DNA of 64,000 nt. Source: Candidatus Rokuibacteriota bacterium. GTDB lineage: Bacteria; Methylomirabilota; Methylomirabilia; Rokubacteriales; CSP1-6. Position numbers and translations under genes: made by a program. Below are positions 9,364 through 18,016 of the stretch, piece after piece (the first letter of the stretch is position 1; every line of letters begins with the position of its first letter). Where the stretch lies: positions 2,153 to 66,152 of the forward strand of contig DAIRVP010000001.1 in assembly GCA_036802765.1 (NCBI GenBank), in the 5' to 3' direction. The notes beneath the pieces were generated by a model, which searched no databases, was not told the origin of the DNA, and saw only the letters and a program-made list of their open reading frames with translations.

Positions 9364-9836
9364 TGGCCATCGTCGAGGGCAAGAAGGCGCCTGATTTCAC
9401 GCTCGCGGACGCGGCGGGCAAGAAGGTCTCGCTCGCCGACTTCAAAGGTAAGGACGTCGTCGTCTACTTCTATCCGAAGGACGACACGCCGGGCTGCACC
9501 AAGGAGGCCTGCGGGTTCCGCGATCTGAACAAAGAACTCCAGAATTCCGGCGTCATGGTGCTCGGTGTCTCGGCCGACTCGGGGGAATCACATACGAAGT
9601 TCGCGCAGAAATATCGGCTGCCCTTCACGCTGCTGTCGGATCCCGACCGGAAGGTCATGACCGCATGGGGGGCCTACGGCGACAAGATGATGTACGGCAA
9701 GAAGACGAAGGGCGTCATCCGCTCGACGGTGTGGATCGGCCCCGACGGCGTCGTTCGCAAGCACTGGAAGAAGGTGGCGGATGCCGCCAAGCATCCCGAG
9801 CAGGTGTGGGCCGCGGTCCGTGGAGATGGCGTATGA
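9363..9836 (+). CDS. bcp: Thioredoxin-dependent peroxiredoxin Bcp
   Basis: YFYPKDDTPGCTKEAC motif. The start overlaps the Prx5 stop. Confidence 0.85.
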   Translation: MAIVEGKKAPDFTLADAAGKKVSLADFKGKDVVVYFYPKDDTPGCTKEACGFRDLNKELQNSGVMVLGVSADSGESHTKFAQKYRLPFTLLSDPDRKVMTAWGAYGDKMMYGKKTKGVIRSTVWIGPDGVVRKHWKKVADAAKHPEQVWAAVRGDGV

Positions 9837-10543
9837 CGGACTACGCTGCGATCGAGCGACGCTTGCGCGCGCAGTTGGGTCTCACGCGCCGCCCGGTCGC
9901 CATCGCGTTCCGCGACACGCCGCCCGCTGGCGTGAAGCAATTCTCGGGCTCCGAGCCGTCGGGCTGCTCGTTCTGGCGGATCGCGATGGAAGGACGGACA
10001 TTTTTCACGGTGCCGGGCGATCACTACAACTGCCCTGTCGGCGCTCACACGCACAACATTCCACTTCCGAGCGAGCGCGCCGGCGAGCTGCCGCAAGTGT
10101 TGCAGATCATGACGGGCCTCGGCTACTTGAAGATGGAAGAAGTGCCCGGCATCCCGCGCCTTCCGAAGACGCCGGGCGCGGTCGTGTATGCGCCGCTCGG
10201 CGACACCCCCATGGATCCCGACGTCGTGCTCTTCATCGGCCCGCCGGGACGGCTGATGCTGCTGCAAGAGGCCGCGCTCCGCGCGGGCGTCACCCCTAAC
10301 GTCCCGTTGCTCGGCCGTCCGACCTGCATGGCGCTGCCCGCGGCGCTGGCCGGCGGCGCCGTCGCGAGCACGGGGTGCATCGGCAACCGGGTCTACACGG
10401 GAGCCGGCGAGGACGAGTTGTACGTCGCCGTGGCCGGGCGTGACATCGCGCGCGTTGCCGACGAGACGGAGACCATCGCGCGGGCCAACGCGGCGCTCGC
10501 CGACTATCATCGTGGCCGCCGCGCGACGTTGGCCACGGAGTAA
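9833..10543 (+). CDS. DUF169-family protein
   Basis: 236 aa. ATGA overlap with the bcp stop. Family assignment is recalled from memory. Confidence 0.6.
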   Translation: MTDYAAIERRLRAQLGLTRRPVAIAFRDTPPAGVKQFSGSEPSGCSFWRIAMEGRTFFTVPGDHYNCPVGAHTHNIPLPSERAGELPQVLQIMTGLGYLKMEEVPGIPRLPKTPGAVVYAPLGDTPMDPDVVLFIGPPGRLMLLQEAALRAGVTPNVPLLGRPTCMALPAALAGGAVASTGCIGNRVYTGAGEDELYVAVAGRDIARVADETETIARANAALADYHRGRRATLATE

Positions 10544-10552
10544 GGGGCGGCC

Positions 10553-10957
10553 ATGAAGCTGAAGAAGGGATTTCGCCAGCTCGTCGACGAGGCGAAGGCG
10601 CGCATCATGACGATCAGCCTGGACGACGCCAAGCGGCGTCACGGCCGCGACGACGTCGTGTTCGTGGATCTGCGCGACATCCGTGAGCTCGAGCGCGAAG
10701 GCATGATCCCCGGCGCGTTTCACTGCCCTCGCGGCATGCTCGAGTTCTGGATCGATCCCGACAGTCCCTACCACAAGGACGTGTTCGCGTCGGGCAAGGA
10801 GTTCGTCTTCTACTGCAACGGCGCCTGGCGGTCCGCGCTCGCGACCGACGTGGCGCAACAGATGGGCCTGCCGCGCGTGGTCGAGATGGACGGCGGCTTC
10901 ACCGCCTGGAAGAACGCCGGTCTGCCCGTCGCACAGCGCGAGAAGAAGAAGGTGTGA
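10553..10957 (+). CDS. Rhodanese-domain sulfurtransferase
   Basis: Active-site loop FYCNGAWRS. Confidence 0.8.
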   Translation: MKLKKGFRQLVDEAKARIMTISLDDAKRRHGRDDVVFVDLRDIRELEREGMIPGAFHCPRGMLEFWIDPDSPYHKDVFASGKEFVFYCNGAWRSALATDVAQQMGLPRVVEMDGGFTAWKNAGLPVAQREKKKV

Positions 10958-10967
10958 CCACCCGCTG

Positions 10968-12224
10968 CTACGGCCGGCGATAGTCTCCTGACACGACGCG
11001 CCGACCGATCTGTCGGAGCTGCGCGCGATCGTCGGCGGCCGTCGGCGCCACGGGAACGCGCAGCACCGTGTCCTGACACGAGGTCGTCACGATCTCGCCC
11101 GCCTTCAATCCCAATCCACGCGGCGCCTCGCCCGCCTGGACGGCGCGGATGCCATCGCGGAGGATCTTTCGAAACATGATCACGCCGCGGTCGGTCGACG
11201 CGAGGTGCTCGAGGTCGTGCACCGCAATCGTTCGCTGGCTCGACTGCGCGTCATAGTCGCCCGGATGGCGCTGCCGCTCCTCGTAGGGACGATCCGCCGA
11301 CTGGCCGAATCCCGGCTGCGCGATTTGCGCCGACGTCAGACCCCAGGCCGGGTCCACCTGCGCGAGCTCGAAGTTGAGCGTCTGCGTATCGTCGACGGGC
11401 ACCGCCCAGCGGATGACGACGGGGCGCGAGGCGATACGCTCCGACGCAGCCTCCTCGATCTCGCGCGTGAACTGGTGGATGTTTGGCGCCATGAAGTCGC
11501 AAATGCGCACCCACACGAAATCGCCGACCCGCCGCGTAGCGATATAGATCATCCCGGACGGCGTCTCCTGCCACTCGAGCTCCGCCAGCTCGCCGAAGGC
11601 CGGCGTGAAGTGATACCCGCTGCTGATGGCGTGGAGAAACGACGTGTGGACAGGGTCCATCGCGTTGTCCTTCACCTGAAGCCAATTGCACGGCATCGAG
11701 AATTGCGCGGCCGGGTGGAGCTGAAGTCCCGGCACGTCGAATGTGTCGTACATCGGAAACACGGGCTTCGAGTCCGGCGGCCCCATGTACGCAAAGACCA
11801 GTCCGCAGAACTCGAGCGCGGGGTACGCGCCCTGACACAGTCGATGCCGCAGTGTGCTGTCCGCCGGCTCGCCGGGCGTCTCGAGAATGCGACCGTCGAT
11901 GTCGAAGACCCAGCCGTGATAGCAGCAGCGTATGCCGCGCTCCTGAAGGATGCCGAATTCCAGCGACGTTCCGCGGTGCGTGCAGTGCAATTGTAGTAGA
12001 CCGATACGTCCGGAGCGATCGCGAAAGACCACGAGATCCTCGCCCATGACCCGGATCCTGCGGGGCACGTCCGTCAGGTCTCGCACAAACGCGACCGGCT
12101 GCCAGAACCGCCGCAGGTACTCGCCGCACGGGGTCCCGGGACCGACGCGGGTCAACAGCGGATCCGGCGCGGGGACGTTGCGCGCATGCCAGGCGCCGAA
12201 CGGCACGTTGAGGAAGTCGCGCAT
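10968..12224 (-). CDS. Rieske [2Fe-2S] ring-hydroxylating oxygenase alpha subunit
   Basis: CTHRGTSL...CCYHGW Rieske motif plus a catalytic mononuclear-iron domain. Start placed at ATG 12224; the longer listed ORF is an Arg-rich extension. Confidence 0.8.
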   Translation of the reverse strand: MRDFLNVPFGAWHARNVPAPDPLLTRVGPGTPCGEYLRRFWQPVAFVRDLTDVPRRIRVMGEDLVVFRDRSGRIGLLQLHCTHRGTSLEFGILQERGIRCCYHGWVFDIDGRILETPGEPADSTLRHRLCQGAYPALEFCGLVFAYMGPPDSKPVFPMYDTFDVPGLQLHPAAQFSMPCNWLQVKDNAMDPVHTSFLHAISSGYHFTPAFGELAELEWQETPSGMIYIATRRVGDFVWVRICDFMAPNIHQFTREIEEAASERIASRPVVIRWAVPVDDTQTLNFELAQVDPAWGLTSAQIAQPGFGQSADRPYEERQRHPGDYDAQSSQRTIAVHDLEHLASTDRGVIMFRKILRDGIRAVQAGEAPRGLGLKAGEIVTTSCQDTVLRVPVAPTAADDRAQLRQIGRRVVSGDYRRP

Positions 12225-12338
12225 GGCCGCCCATGGTACCGCACAGGCCGTCGGGCGCGGCGCCCCGCGCCCAAGGCGCTCGCGGGCGAATCGCCCGCGC
12301 GCTCGCGTAAATTTCCGCGAATGGCGCGGGTTTCGGTG

Positions 12339-12353
12339 TGGCACTCCACTTGC
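12339..12353 (+). promoter_or_regulatory. sigma54-type -24/-12 promoter (TGGCAC-N5-TTGC)
   Basis: tggcac tccac ttgc. Exact consensus spacing, 55 nt upstream of the ATG at 12409. Confidence 0.55.
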
Positions 12354-12408
12354 GCTTCGGACGCGGCGACAGGGACGTGGCAGGCAACGCGAGCAAGAGG
12401 AGGCGGCG

Positions 12409-12717
12409 ATGTTCAAGCGTTTGCTCTTCGGCGGTCTATTCGTCCTGTCGGCCACCACGGCGATCTCGGCGACCGTTGTCGCCGCAAGCAGCCTCACCGA
12501 GCGCCTCGATACCCAGCGCATGACCGTCCTCAAGACCGATCTGGCAAGCGGGCGGTTTTTGTGCGCCGAGCATCGGCACTGGACGCCCGTCGTGAAGTCC
12601 GATCTCCGGGGCCTGCAGGCCGGCGACATCGTGCGTGTGGACCCACAAGCCAACGGCCGCGCGCGCCTGGTGCTGCTGCGCACCGCAGCCGACGAGCTCG
12701 AGAGTCCCGAAAAGTAG
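12409..12717 (+). CDS. Small secreted protein, paralog A (102 aa, signal peptide, unknown family)
   Basis: RBS AGAGGAGG. Signal peptide MFKRLLFGGLFVLSATTAISA. About 60% identical to the ORF at 12918..13226. Confidence 0.6.
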   Translation: MFKRLLFGGLFVLSATTAISATVVAASSLTERLDTQRMTVLKTDLASGRFLCAEHRHWTPVVKSDLRGLQAGDIVRVDPQANGRARLVLLRTAADELESPEK

Positions 12718-12723
12718 CGCGCG

Positions 12724-12757
12724 GGCCAGCGCGCGCAAGATTACGCGCGCGCTGGCC
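12724..12757 (+). terminator. GC-rich perfect 13-bp stem-loop directly after paralog A
   Basis: ggccagcgcgcgc / aagattac / gcgcgcgctggcc. No U-tract. Confidence 0.45.
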
Positions 12758-12873
12758 ACCCCGTTCGGCGGACGAAACCTCGCCACTGGTTCGGGACTAG
12801 CCAGGCCCCAGAATCTCCGCACGAGTCGTCGGGCACACCGGCGGCCCGAGCCCCTACCTGTAGATGTCCGCCG

Positions 12874-12888
12874 TGGCATGCGCGTCGC
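12874..12888 (+). promoter_or_regulatory. sigma54-type -24/-12 promoter (TGGCAT-N5-TCGC)
   Basis: tggcat gcgcg tcgc. GG/GC spacing is correct. 30 nt upstream of the ATG at 12918, with GAGGAGGA in between. Confidence 0.45.
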
Positions 12889-12917
12889 AATAGCCTGCTC
12901 GTGAGGAGGAGACGACC

Positions 12918-13226
12918 ATGGTGAAACGAATGCTGTTCGGCGCTCTGTGTGTGATATCCGCCATCGCCGCGGTCTCGGCGACCGTGTTCGCCGCGAGCAC
13001 CCTTACCGAGCGCATCGAAGGCGGGCGCATGACGGTGCTCAAGACCGACGTCCCGACGGGCCGGTTCCTCTGCGTCGAGCATCACAGCTGGTATCCCGTC
13101 CTCAAGTCCGATCTTCGCGGCCTGCAGCCCGGTGACATCGTGCGCGTCGAGCCGCAGGCGAACGGCGACACGCGGCTGATCCGACTGCGCACGGCGGCGG
13201 ACGAGCTCGGCAGCACGGAGAAGTAA
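12918..13226 (+). CDS. Small secreted protein, paralog B (102 aa)
   Basis: Collinear with paralog A: MTVLKTD..GRFLC.EH..W.PV.KSDLRGLQ.GDIVRV.PQANG..RL..LRTAADEL. Confidence 0.6.
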   Translation: MVKRMLFGALCVISAIAAVSATVFAASTLTERIEGGRMTVLKTDVPTGRFLCVEHHSWYPVLKSDLRGLQPGDIVRVEPQANGDTRLIRLRTAADELGSTEK

Positions 13227-13238
13227 GCGGCGCACGAT

Positions 13239-13263
13239 CGCGCGCGGCTAATAGCCGCGCGCG
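13239..13263. terminator. Bidirectional GC hairpin between two convergent genes
   Basis: cgcgcgcggcta a tagccgcgcgcg, a near-perfect palindrome between the paralog B stop and the dehydrogenase stop. Confidence 0.4.
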
Positions 13264-14276
13264 CGATCCACGAGGTTGAGCAGCGGCGTCCCCGCCCGAA
13301 ATCGCCTGAGATTTTCCGCGAAGAGATCCGTGCAGCGGTCGTCGTACGAGGCGAGGAAGCCCGAGACGTGGGGCGAGACGATCACGTCCTCGATCGCATA
13401 AAGCGGATGACCAGCCGGTGGCGGCTCCTGGCTGAAGACGTCGACCGCCGCGCCGGCGAGCCTCCCCGCCTTCAGCGCCGCCGCAAGCGCGGCCTCATCC
13501 ACCGTCGCGCCGCGCCCCACGTTGACGAAGAATGCCGTCGGCTTCATGGCGGCGAGCTCGGCAGCGCCGATCATCGCGCGGGTGTCCGCCGTCAGCGGCG
13601 CGGACATCACCACGACGTCGGAGCGCGCCAGCAAGTCGTGCAGCCGCGACGGCGCGTACCACGCCTCCGGCAACGCGCCCTCTGGATCACCGGTGCCCGG
13701 TAAGCAATAGCCCTCGTCCGCGCGACGCGACGGATCGCGCTTGCCCGCGACGACCCGCATGCCGAGCGCGGTCGTCGCCATACGCGCGAGCTCGCGTCCG
13801 ATACTGCCGTAGCCGATCAGGCCGAGCGTGGCGCCGCGCAACTCCGTCGGCACGAACAGCGGCCAGCGCTGGGCGTCGGGCGGCCAGCCGCCCTTCATGC
13901 GCCAGTGCACCATCCGCGGGACGCGGTGAGCGAGCGCCAGAATCACTGTCAGCGCATACTCCGCGATCGTCGCCGCGTGCACGCCGCTGGTCGTCGTGAT
14001 GGCGATCGAGCTCTTGGTGTAGAGCGGATGGTCGTGCAACGCGTCGATGCCCGCCATGTGAACCTGCACCCACTTCAGACGAGGCGCGCGATCGAGCTCG
14101 CGCGGCGGCGCGCCGGCGTAGAGGACATCGACGTTCGCGTAGTCGGCGCGCGCCGGCTCGGCAGCCGACACGACGACGTCGGGTGAGACGGTGCGCAGCC
14201 GATCCAGTCGCGCTTCGCCGAACGGCATCGTGACGAGAACGTTCAGCACGGGGCGGATGGTATCATCCGCGCTCAT
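13248..14276 (-). CDS. D-isomer-specific 2-hydroxyacid dehydrogenase (NAD-binding)
   Basis: GLIGYGSIGRELA Rossmann motif and catalytic R/E/H residues. Start placed at ATG 14276; the listed ORF extends further upstream off-bias. Confidence 0.8.
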   Translation of the reverse strand: MSADDTIRPVLNVLVTMPFGEARLDRLRTVSPDVVVSAAEPARADYANVDVLYAGAPPRELDRAPRLKWVQVHMAGIDALHDHPLYTKSSIAITTTSGVHAATIAEYALTVILALAHRVPRMVHWRMKGGWPPDAQRWPLFVPTELRGATLGLIGYGSIGRELARMATTALGMRVVAGKRDPSRRADEGYCLPGTGDPEGALPEAWYAPSRLHDLLARSDVVVMSAPLTADTRAMIGAAELAAMKPTAFFVNVGRGATVDEAALAAALKAGRLAGAAVDVFSQEPPPAGHPLYAIEDVIVSPHVSGFLASYDDRCTDLFAENLRRFRAGTPLLNLVDRARGY

Positions 14277-14291
14277 CGAAGGAGGCCCGCC

Positions 14292-15305
14292 ATGTGCTTC
14301 GTCGACGACGTATCGCTCGCTATGCATCACGTTTCGCGCCGTCGTCTGCTCGGGGCGGGCCTTGCGGCCGGCGCGGCGCTCGTCGCCGGCGGTCGTTCGT
14401 TGCTGCTTCCGGGCGTGGCCGAGGGCGCGGAGACGGCGCCGGCCGGCGGCGGCCCCGGCAGCGCTGGCGTGAACTTCACGTGGTTCGGCACGAATGGATG
14501 GGAGATCAGCTTCGGGAGCAAGACCGTCCTGTTCGATCCGTGGTTCAACCGCTTCACGTCCGGGTTCCTGCAGAACAAGCTCGATCCCAACGCGGTCCTG
14601 CCGACGGACACGACGCTGATCGATGCGCATGTGACGAAGGCGGATCAGATCCTCATCGGTCACGGCCACTGGGATCACTTCGCAGACATCCCGTACATCG
14701 CGAAGAAGACGAACGCGATGGTCATCGGCTCCGAGACGCACGCCAATCTCCTGCGCGCCGCCGGCGTTACCGAGGGCAAGATCGTGCAGGTCAAGGGCGG
14801 CGAATACATGCAGTTCGACGGCTACACCATCGAGGTCTTCCCGAGCGTCCATTCGATGGGCGGTACCAAGAAATACGCGGTGCCTGGTCGCCTCATCGCA
14901 CCGCCGGCCTCGCCGCCGACGAAAGTCGGCGACCTGCCCGAAGGCGAGACGTTGATCTACGTCCTCACCATCGGCGGCAAGTGGAGCGTGTTCCTGATGA
15001 GCTCGGGCAACTACATCGAGCGCGCCATCGCCGGGCTCAAGCCCGACGTCGCGCTCGTCGCCCCGCTGTTCTCCAACAACACGCACGCGTTCACGCCGCG
15101 CCTCATGAAGGCACTCAACTATCCCCGAGTGGTGCTACCCACGCACTGGGACAACTTCGAGGCGCCGCTCGCCGAGCAACCTCAAGATTTGCGCGGCGTC
15201 TACGGCGACCCCGCGAATCTCGATCTCTGGGTCAAGGAGATGCGAACCGTCTCGCCGAAGACAAAGATCGTGACGCTGAAATATTTCGGCTCGTACGCGC
15301 CGTAA
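14292..15305 (+). CDS. Tat-exported MBL-fold metallo-hydrolase
   Basis: SRRRLLGAGLAAGAALVA twin-arginine signal and HGHWDH motif. An alternative start is at 14322. Confidence 0.75.
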   Translation: MCFVDDVSLAMHHVSRRRLLGAGLAAGAALVAGGRSLLLPGVAEGAETAPAGGGPGSAGVNFTWFGTNGWEISFGSKTVLFDPWFNRFTSGFLQNKLDPNAVLPTDTTLIDAHVTKADQILIGHGHWDHFADIPYIAKKTNAMVIGSETHANLLRAAGVTEGKIVQVKGGEYMQFDGYTIEVFPSVHSMGGTKKYAVPGRLIAPPASPPTKVGDLPEGETLIYVLTIGGKWSVFLMSSGNYIERAIAGLKPDVALVAPLFSNNTHAFTPRLMKALNYPRVVLPTHWDNFEAPLAEQPQDLRGVYGDPANLDLWVKEMRTVSPKTKIVTLKYFGSYAP

Positions 15306-15323
15306 GTCGGTCGTACGCGCCGT
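15291..15323. repeat. Short tandem duplication (tcgtacgcgccgt x2, 20-nt period) spanning the MBL stop
   Basis: tcgtacgcgccgtaagtcgg tcgtacgcgccgtcgg. Confidence 0.5.
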
Positions 15324-15339
15324 CGGAGGAGGATCGCTC

Positions 15340-16893
15340 ATGAGATTCGGCTGCCGCGCTCCGGTCATCGCCGCCCTCGTGGTTGTCGTCCTCGCTCTCA
15401 CTTCGGCCGCCTCCGCGCAGGAGACACCGCGCATGGGCGGCGTGCTGAAGGTTGCCTCGATCGGCGAGCCGCCGACGCTGGACATCCAGGCGACGACGAC
15501 CACGCTCACGTCCGAGATCATGTGGCACGTCTACGAGCCGTTGTTCACCCACGACCGCGCGTGGAACGTCATTCCGATGCTCGCCGAGGGCGACGTGGTG
15601 AGCGACCGCGGGCTACGCCACACGATCACGCTGCGGCGCGGCGTGAAATTCCACAACGGCAAGGAGATGACGGCCGCCGACGTCGTCGCCTCATTGAAAC
15701 GCTGGGGCCAGATTGCGACGCTTGGCAGGGTGATATGGCCCGGCGTGGAAAGCATCGAGGCGAAGGACCCCTACACCGTGGTAGTCGGCCTCAAGCAGCC
15801 GTCGGGGTCGCTGTTGTACGCCCTGTCGGAGCCGTCGGCGATGATCTACACCAAAGAGGTCGTGGACGCCGCGGGCACGAACCCGATCGCCGAGCACATC
15901 GGCACCGGCCCGTATCGGTTCGTCGAGCACAAGCCCGATCGCCACGTCAAGCTCGTGCGCTTCAAAGACTACTCGGCGCGGTCCGAGCCTCCGAACGGCT
16001 TCGGCGGCAAGCGGACGGCGTGGCTCGACGAGATCCTCTTCATCCCTGTGCCCGACACCGCCGTGCGCCAGGCCGGCGTGGAGACCGGCGAGTACCATCA
16101 CGCGATGTTCATGAAGCAGGACAACTGGGACCGGATCAAGGCGCTGCCGCAGCTCGAGTCTCGAGTCGTCAAGCCGCGCGGCTGGACGCTCGTCTCCATG
16201 AACCACAAGGCGGGGCTCATGACGAGCCGCGCGCTGCGCCAGGCGGTGCAGGCGGCGCTGGACATGGAGCCGATCATGATCGCGGCCTTCGGTCACAAGG
16301 ACTTCTATCGGCTGAGCCCGGCACTGTTCTTCCCCGAGCAGCCGGCATGGTATGTCACCGCGGGCGCGCCGCTCTACAACCAGCACGACCGCGAAAAGGC
16401 CAAACGCCTGATGAAGGAGGCCGGGTACGCCGGCCAGACCGTGCGCTGGATCAGCACGCGCGAATACGAGTTCATGTACAAGTCGTCGCTGGTGGCCAAG
16501 CAGCAGCTCGAGGCCGTCGGCTTCGTCATCGATCTTCAAGTCGTCGACTGGGCGACGCTGAATCAGCGCGTGCAGAAGCCCGAGCTGTGGGAGGCGTACG
16601 TAACAGGCTATCCGCTCAATCCGGACCCCGCGCTCCACGTCGCCTTCCGCTGCTCGTTCCAGGGCTGGTGGTGCAACGAGGAAAAGGAGCGCCTGGTCGC
16701 CGAGATGCGACAGGAGAGCGACGCGAAGAAGCGCAAGGCTCTTCTGGAACGCATCCAGGCGATTCATTACGAGGACGTTGGCCAGGTGAAGCTCGGCGAT
16801 TACAACACCCTGGACGTCGCCCGCAAGGAGCTGCGCGGCGACTTCCGCACGGCGCCGCGGCTGTACTTCTGGAACTCATGGCTGGCCAAATAA
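15340..16893 (+). CDS. ABC transporter substrate-binding protein, family 5 (peptide/nickel/opine type)
   Basis: Signal peptide. SBP_bac_5 architecture. Confidence 0.85.
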   Translation: MRFGCRAPVIAALVVVVLALTSAASAQETPRMGGVLKVASIGEPPTLDIQATTTTLTSEIMWHVYEPLFTHDRAWNVIPMLAEGDVVSDRGLRHTITLRRGVKFHNGKEMTAADVVASLKRWGQIATLGRVIWPGVESIEAKDPYTVVVGLKQPSGSLLYALSEPSAMIYTKEVVDAAGTNPIAEHIGTGPYRFVEHKPDRHVKLVRFKDYSARSEPPNGFGGKRTAWLDEILFIPVPDTAVRQAGVETGEYHHAMFMKQDNWDRIKALPQLESRVVKPRGWTLVSMNHKAGLMTSRALRQAVQAALDMEPIMIAAFGHKDFYRLSPALFFPEQPAWYVTAGAPLYNQHDREKAKRLMKEAGYAGQTVRWISTREYEFMYKSSLVAKQQLEAVGFVIDLQVVDWATLNQRVQKPELWEAYVTGYPLNPDPALHVAFRCSFQGWWCNEEKERLVAEMRQESDAKKRKALLERIQAIHYEDVGQVKLGDYNTLDVARKELRGDFRTAPRLYFWNSWLAK

Positions 16894-17993
16894 CTGGCGT
16901 CGAGGCAATCGCGCTCGACATCCCGCTGACGAAGGATTTCGGCGGCAGCACCTACCACGTGCTCAAGCGCAGCACGGTCATCACGCGCATGCGCACGCAC
17001 GACGGTCTGGTGAGCGAGGTGTACAACGGCGACAACCGGAGCCACGGCCGTGAGATCGTCCGCATCATTGCCGACGAGCTCGCGCCGCTCGTCCGCGGGG
17101 GCAGCATCTTCGAGGGTGAGCGCCTCTGGGAGGCGATGTTCGCGCTCAGTCACGCGCAGCGCGACCGCAAGACGCTGCTCGAAGCGATCGCTTGTGTCGA
17201 CTGCGCCATCTGGGATCTCGTCGGCAAAACCGTCGGCAAGAGCGTGCGCGCGCTGCTCGGCGGCTACCGCGCCGAGCTGCCGATCATCTCCATCGGCGGG
17301 TACTACATGGAGGGCAAGACTCTCGCAGACATCGGGCGCGAAATGGAAACCTACCGGGTCGCCGGCATGGCCGGCTGCAAGTTCAAAGTGGGCGGGCTCA
17401 CGCCCGAAGAGGACGCTCGGCGCGTGGAAGCGGCGCGCCGCGCGGCCGGCGCCGATTTCGTGCTGGCCGTCGACGCCAATCGCGGCTGGAGCGCGGCGGA
17501 CGCGATTCGGTTCGCCCATCTCGTCGAGTTACACGACATCCGCTGGTTCGAGGAGCCCTGCCACTGGTACGACGACGTCGCGATGATGGCGCGGGTGCGG
17601 CAGGCGAGCCGGATTCCCGTCACCGCCGGCCAGAGCGAGATCACGAGCCACGCGATTCGCCGCTTGATCGAGGCGCGCGCGGTCGACTTCGTGAACTACG
17701 ATGCGTCGGAAGGCGGCGGCGTCACGGACTGGCGCCGCGCGGCCGGACTCTGCCACGCGGCTGGCGTGCAGATGGCGCATCACGAGGAGCCGCAGATCGC
17801 GCAGCACCTGCTCGCCGGCGTGCCACACGGCACCTACGTCGAATGCTTTGCCGATCCGGCTCGCGATCCGATGTGGCAAGCCGTGTGGGCCAACCGCCCG
17901 CCCATCAAGAACGGCATCATGACTGTCTCCAACGAGCCCGGTTTCGGCATCGTGCTGGACGAGGCGCTGGTGAAACGGTATCGGGTCGCCTAG
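16878..17993 (+). CDS. Enolase-superfamily enzyme (mandelate racemase / muconate lactonizing / dipeptide epimerase-like)
   Basis: KFKVGG...DANRGW...FEEP motifs. ATG at 16878 overlaps the SBP5 3' end. Confidence 0.8.
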   Translation: MAGQITGVEAIALDIPLTKDFGGSTYHVLKRSTVITRMRTHDGLVSEVYNGDNRSHGREIVRIIADELAPLVRGGSIFEGERLWEAMFALSHAQRDRKTLLEAIACVDCAIWDLVGKTVGKSVRALLGGYRAELPIISIGGYYMEGKTLADIGREMETYRVAGMAGCKFKVGGLTPEEDARRVEAARRAAGADFVLAVDANRGWSAADAIRFAHLVELHDIRWFEEPCHWYDDVAMMARVRQASRIPVTAGQSEITSHAIRRLIEARAVDFVNYDASEGGGVTDWRRAAGLCHAAGVQMAHHEEPQIAQHLLAGVPHGTYVECFADPARDPMWQAVWANRPPIKNGIMTVSNEPGFGIVLDEALVKRYRVA

Positions 17994-18016
17994 ATTCGCC
18001 GCACTGGAGACCGCAC

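Noticed and set aside
8860-9836. Peroxiredoxins Prx5/Bcp and MsrB (44975..45472) as selenoproteins
   Set aside because: Their catalytic residues are encoded by TGC Cys codons ([21 protein letters not shown]), and there is no in-frame TGA.
14277-14291. 15-bp divergent intergenic region between the 2-hydroxyacid dehydrogenase and the Tat-MBL gene as a shared regulatory hub
   Set aside because: It is too short to hold two promoters. More likely one start is mis-set (the MBL gene may start at 14322) or the promoters lie inside the neighbouring coding sequence. There is no sequence evidence for a specific operator.
15522-17993. Very long Arg/Ala/Gly-rich ORFs (e.g. 15522..17993 823 aa, 29589..32030 813 aa, 27244..30423 1059 aa, 465..1784, 1436..2698 N-terminal part, 9674..10858, 13248..15086 upstream part)
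   Set aside because: These are typical off-frame or antisense open frames of 70% GC DNA. They lack third-position G/C bias and overlap well-supported genes. Only the in-frame 3' portions with recognisable domains were kept.
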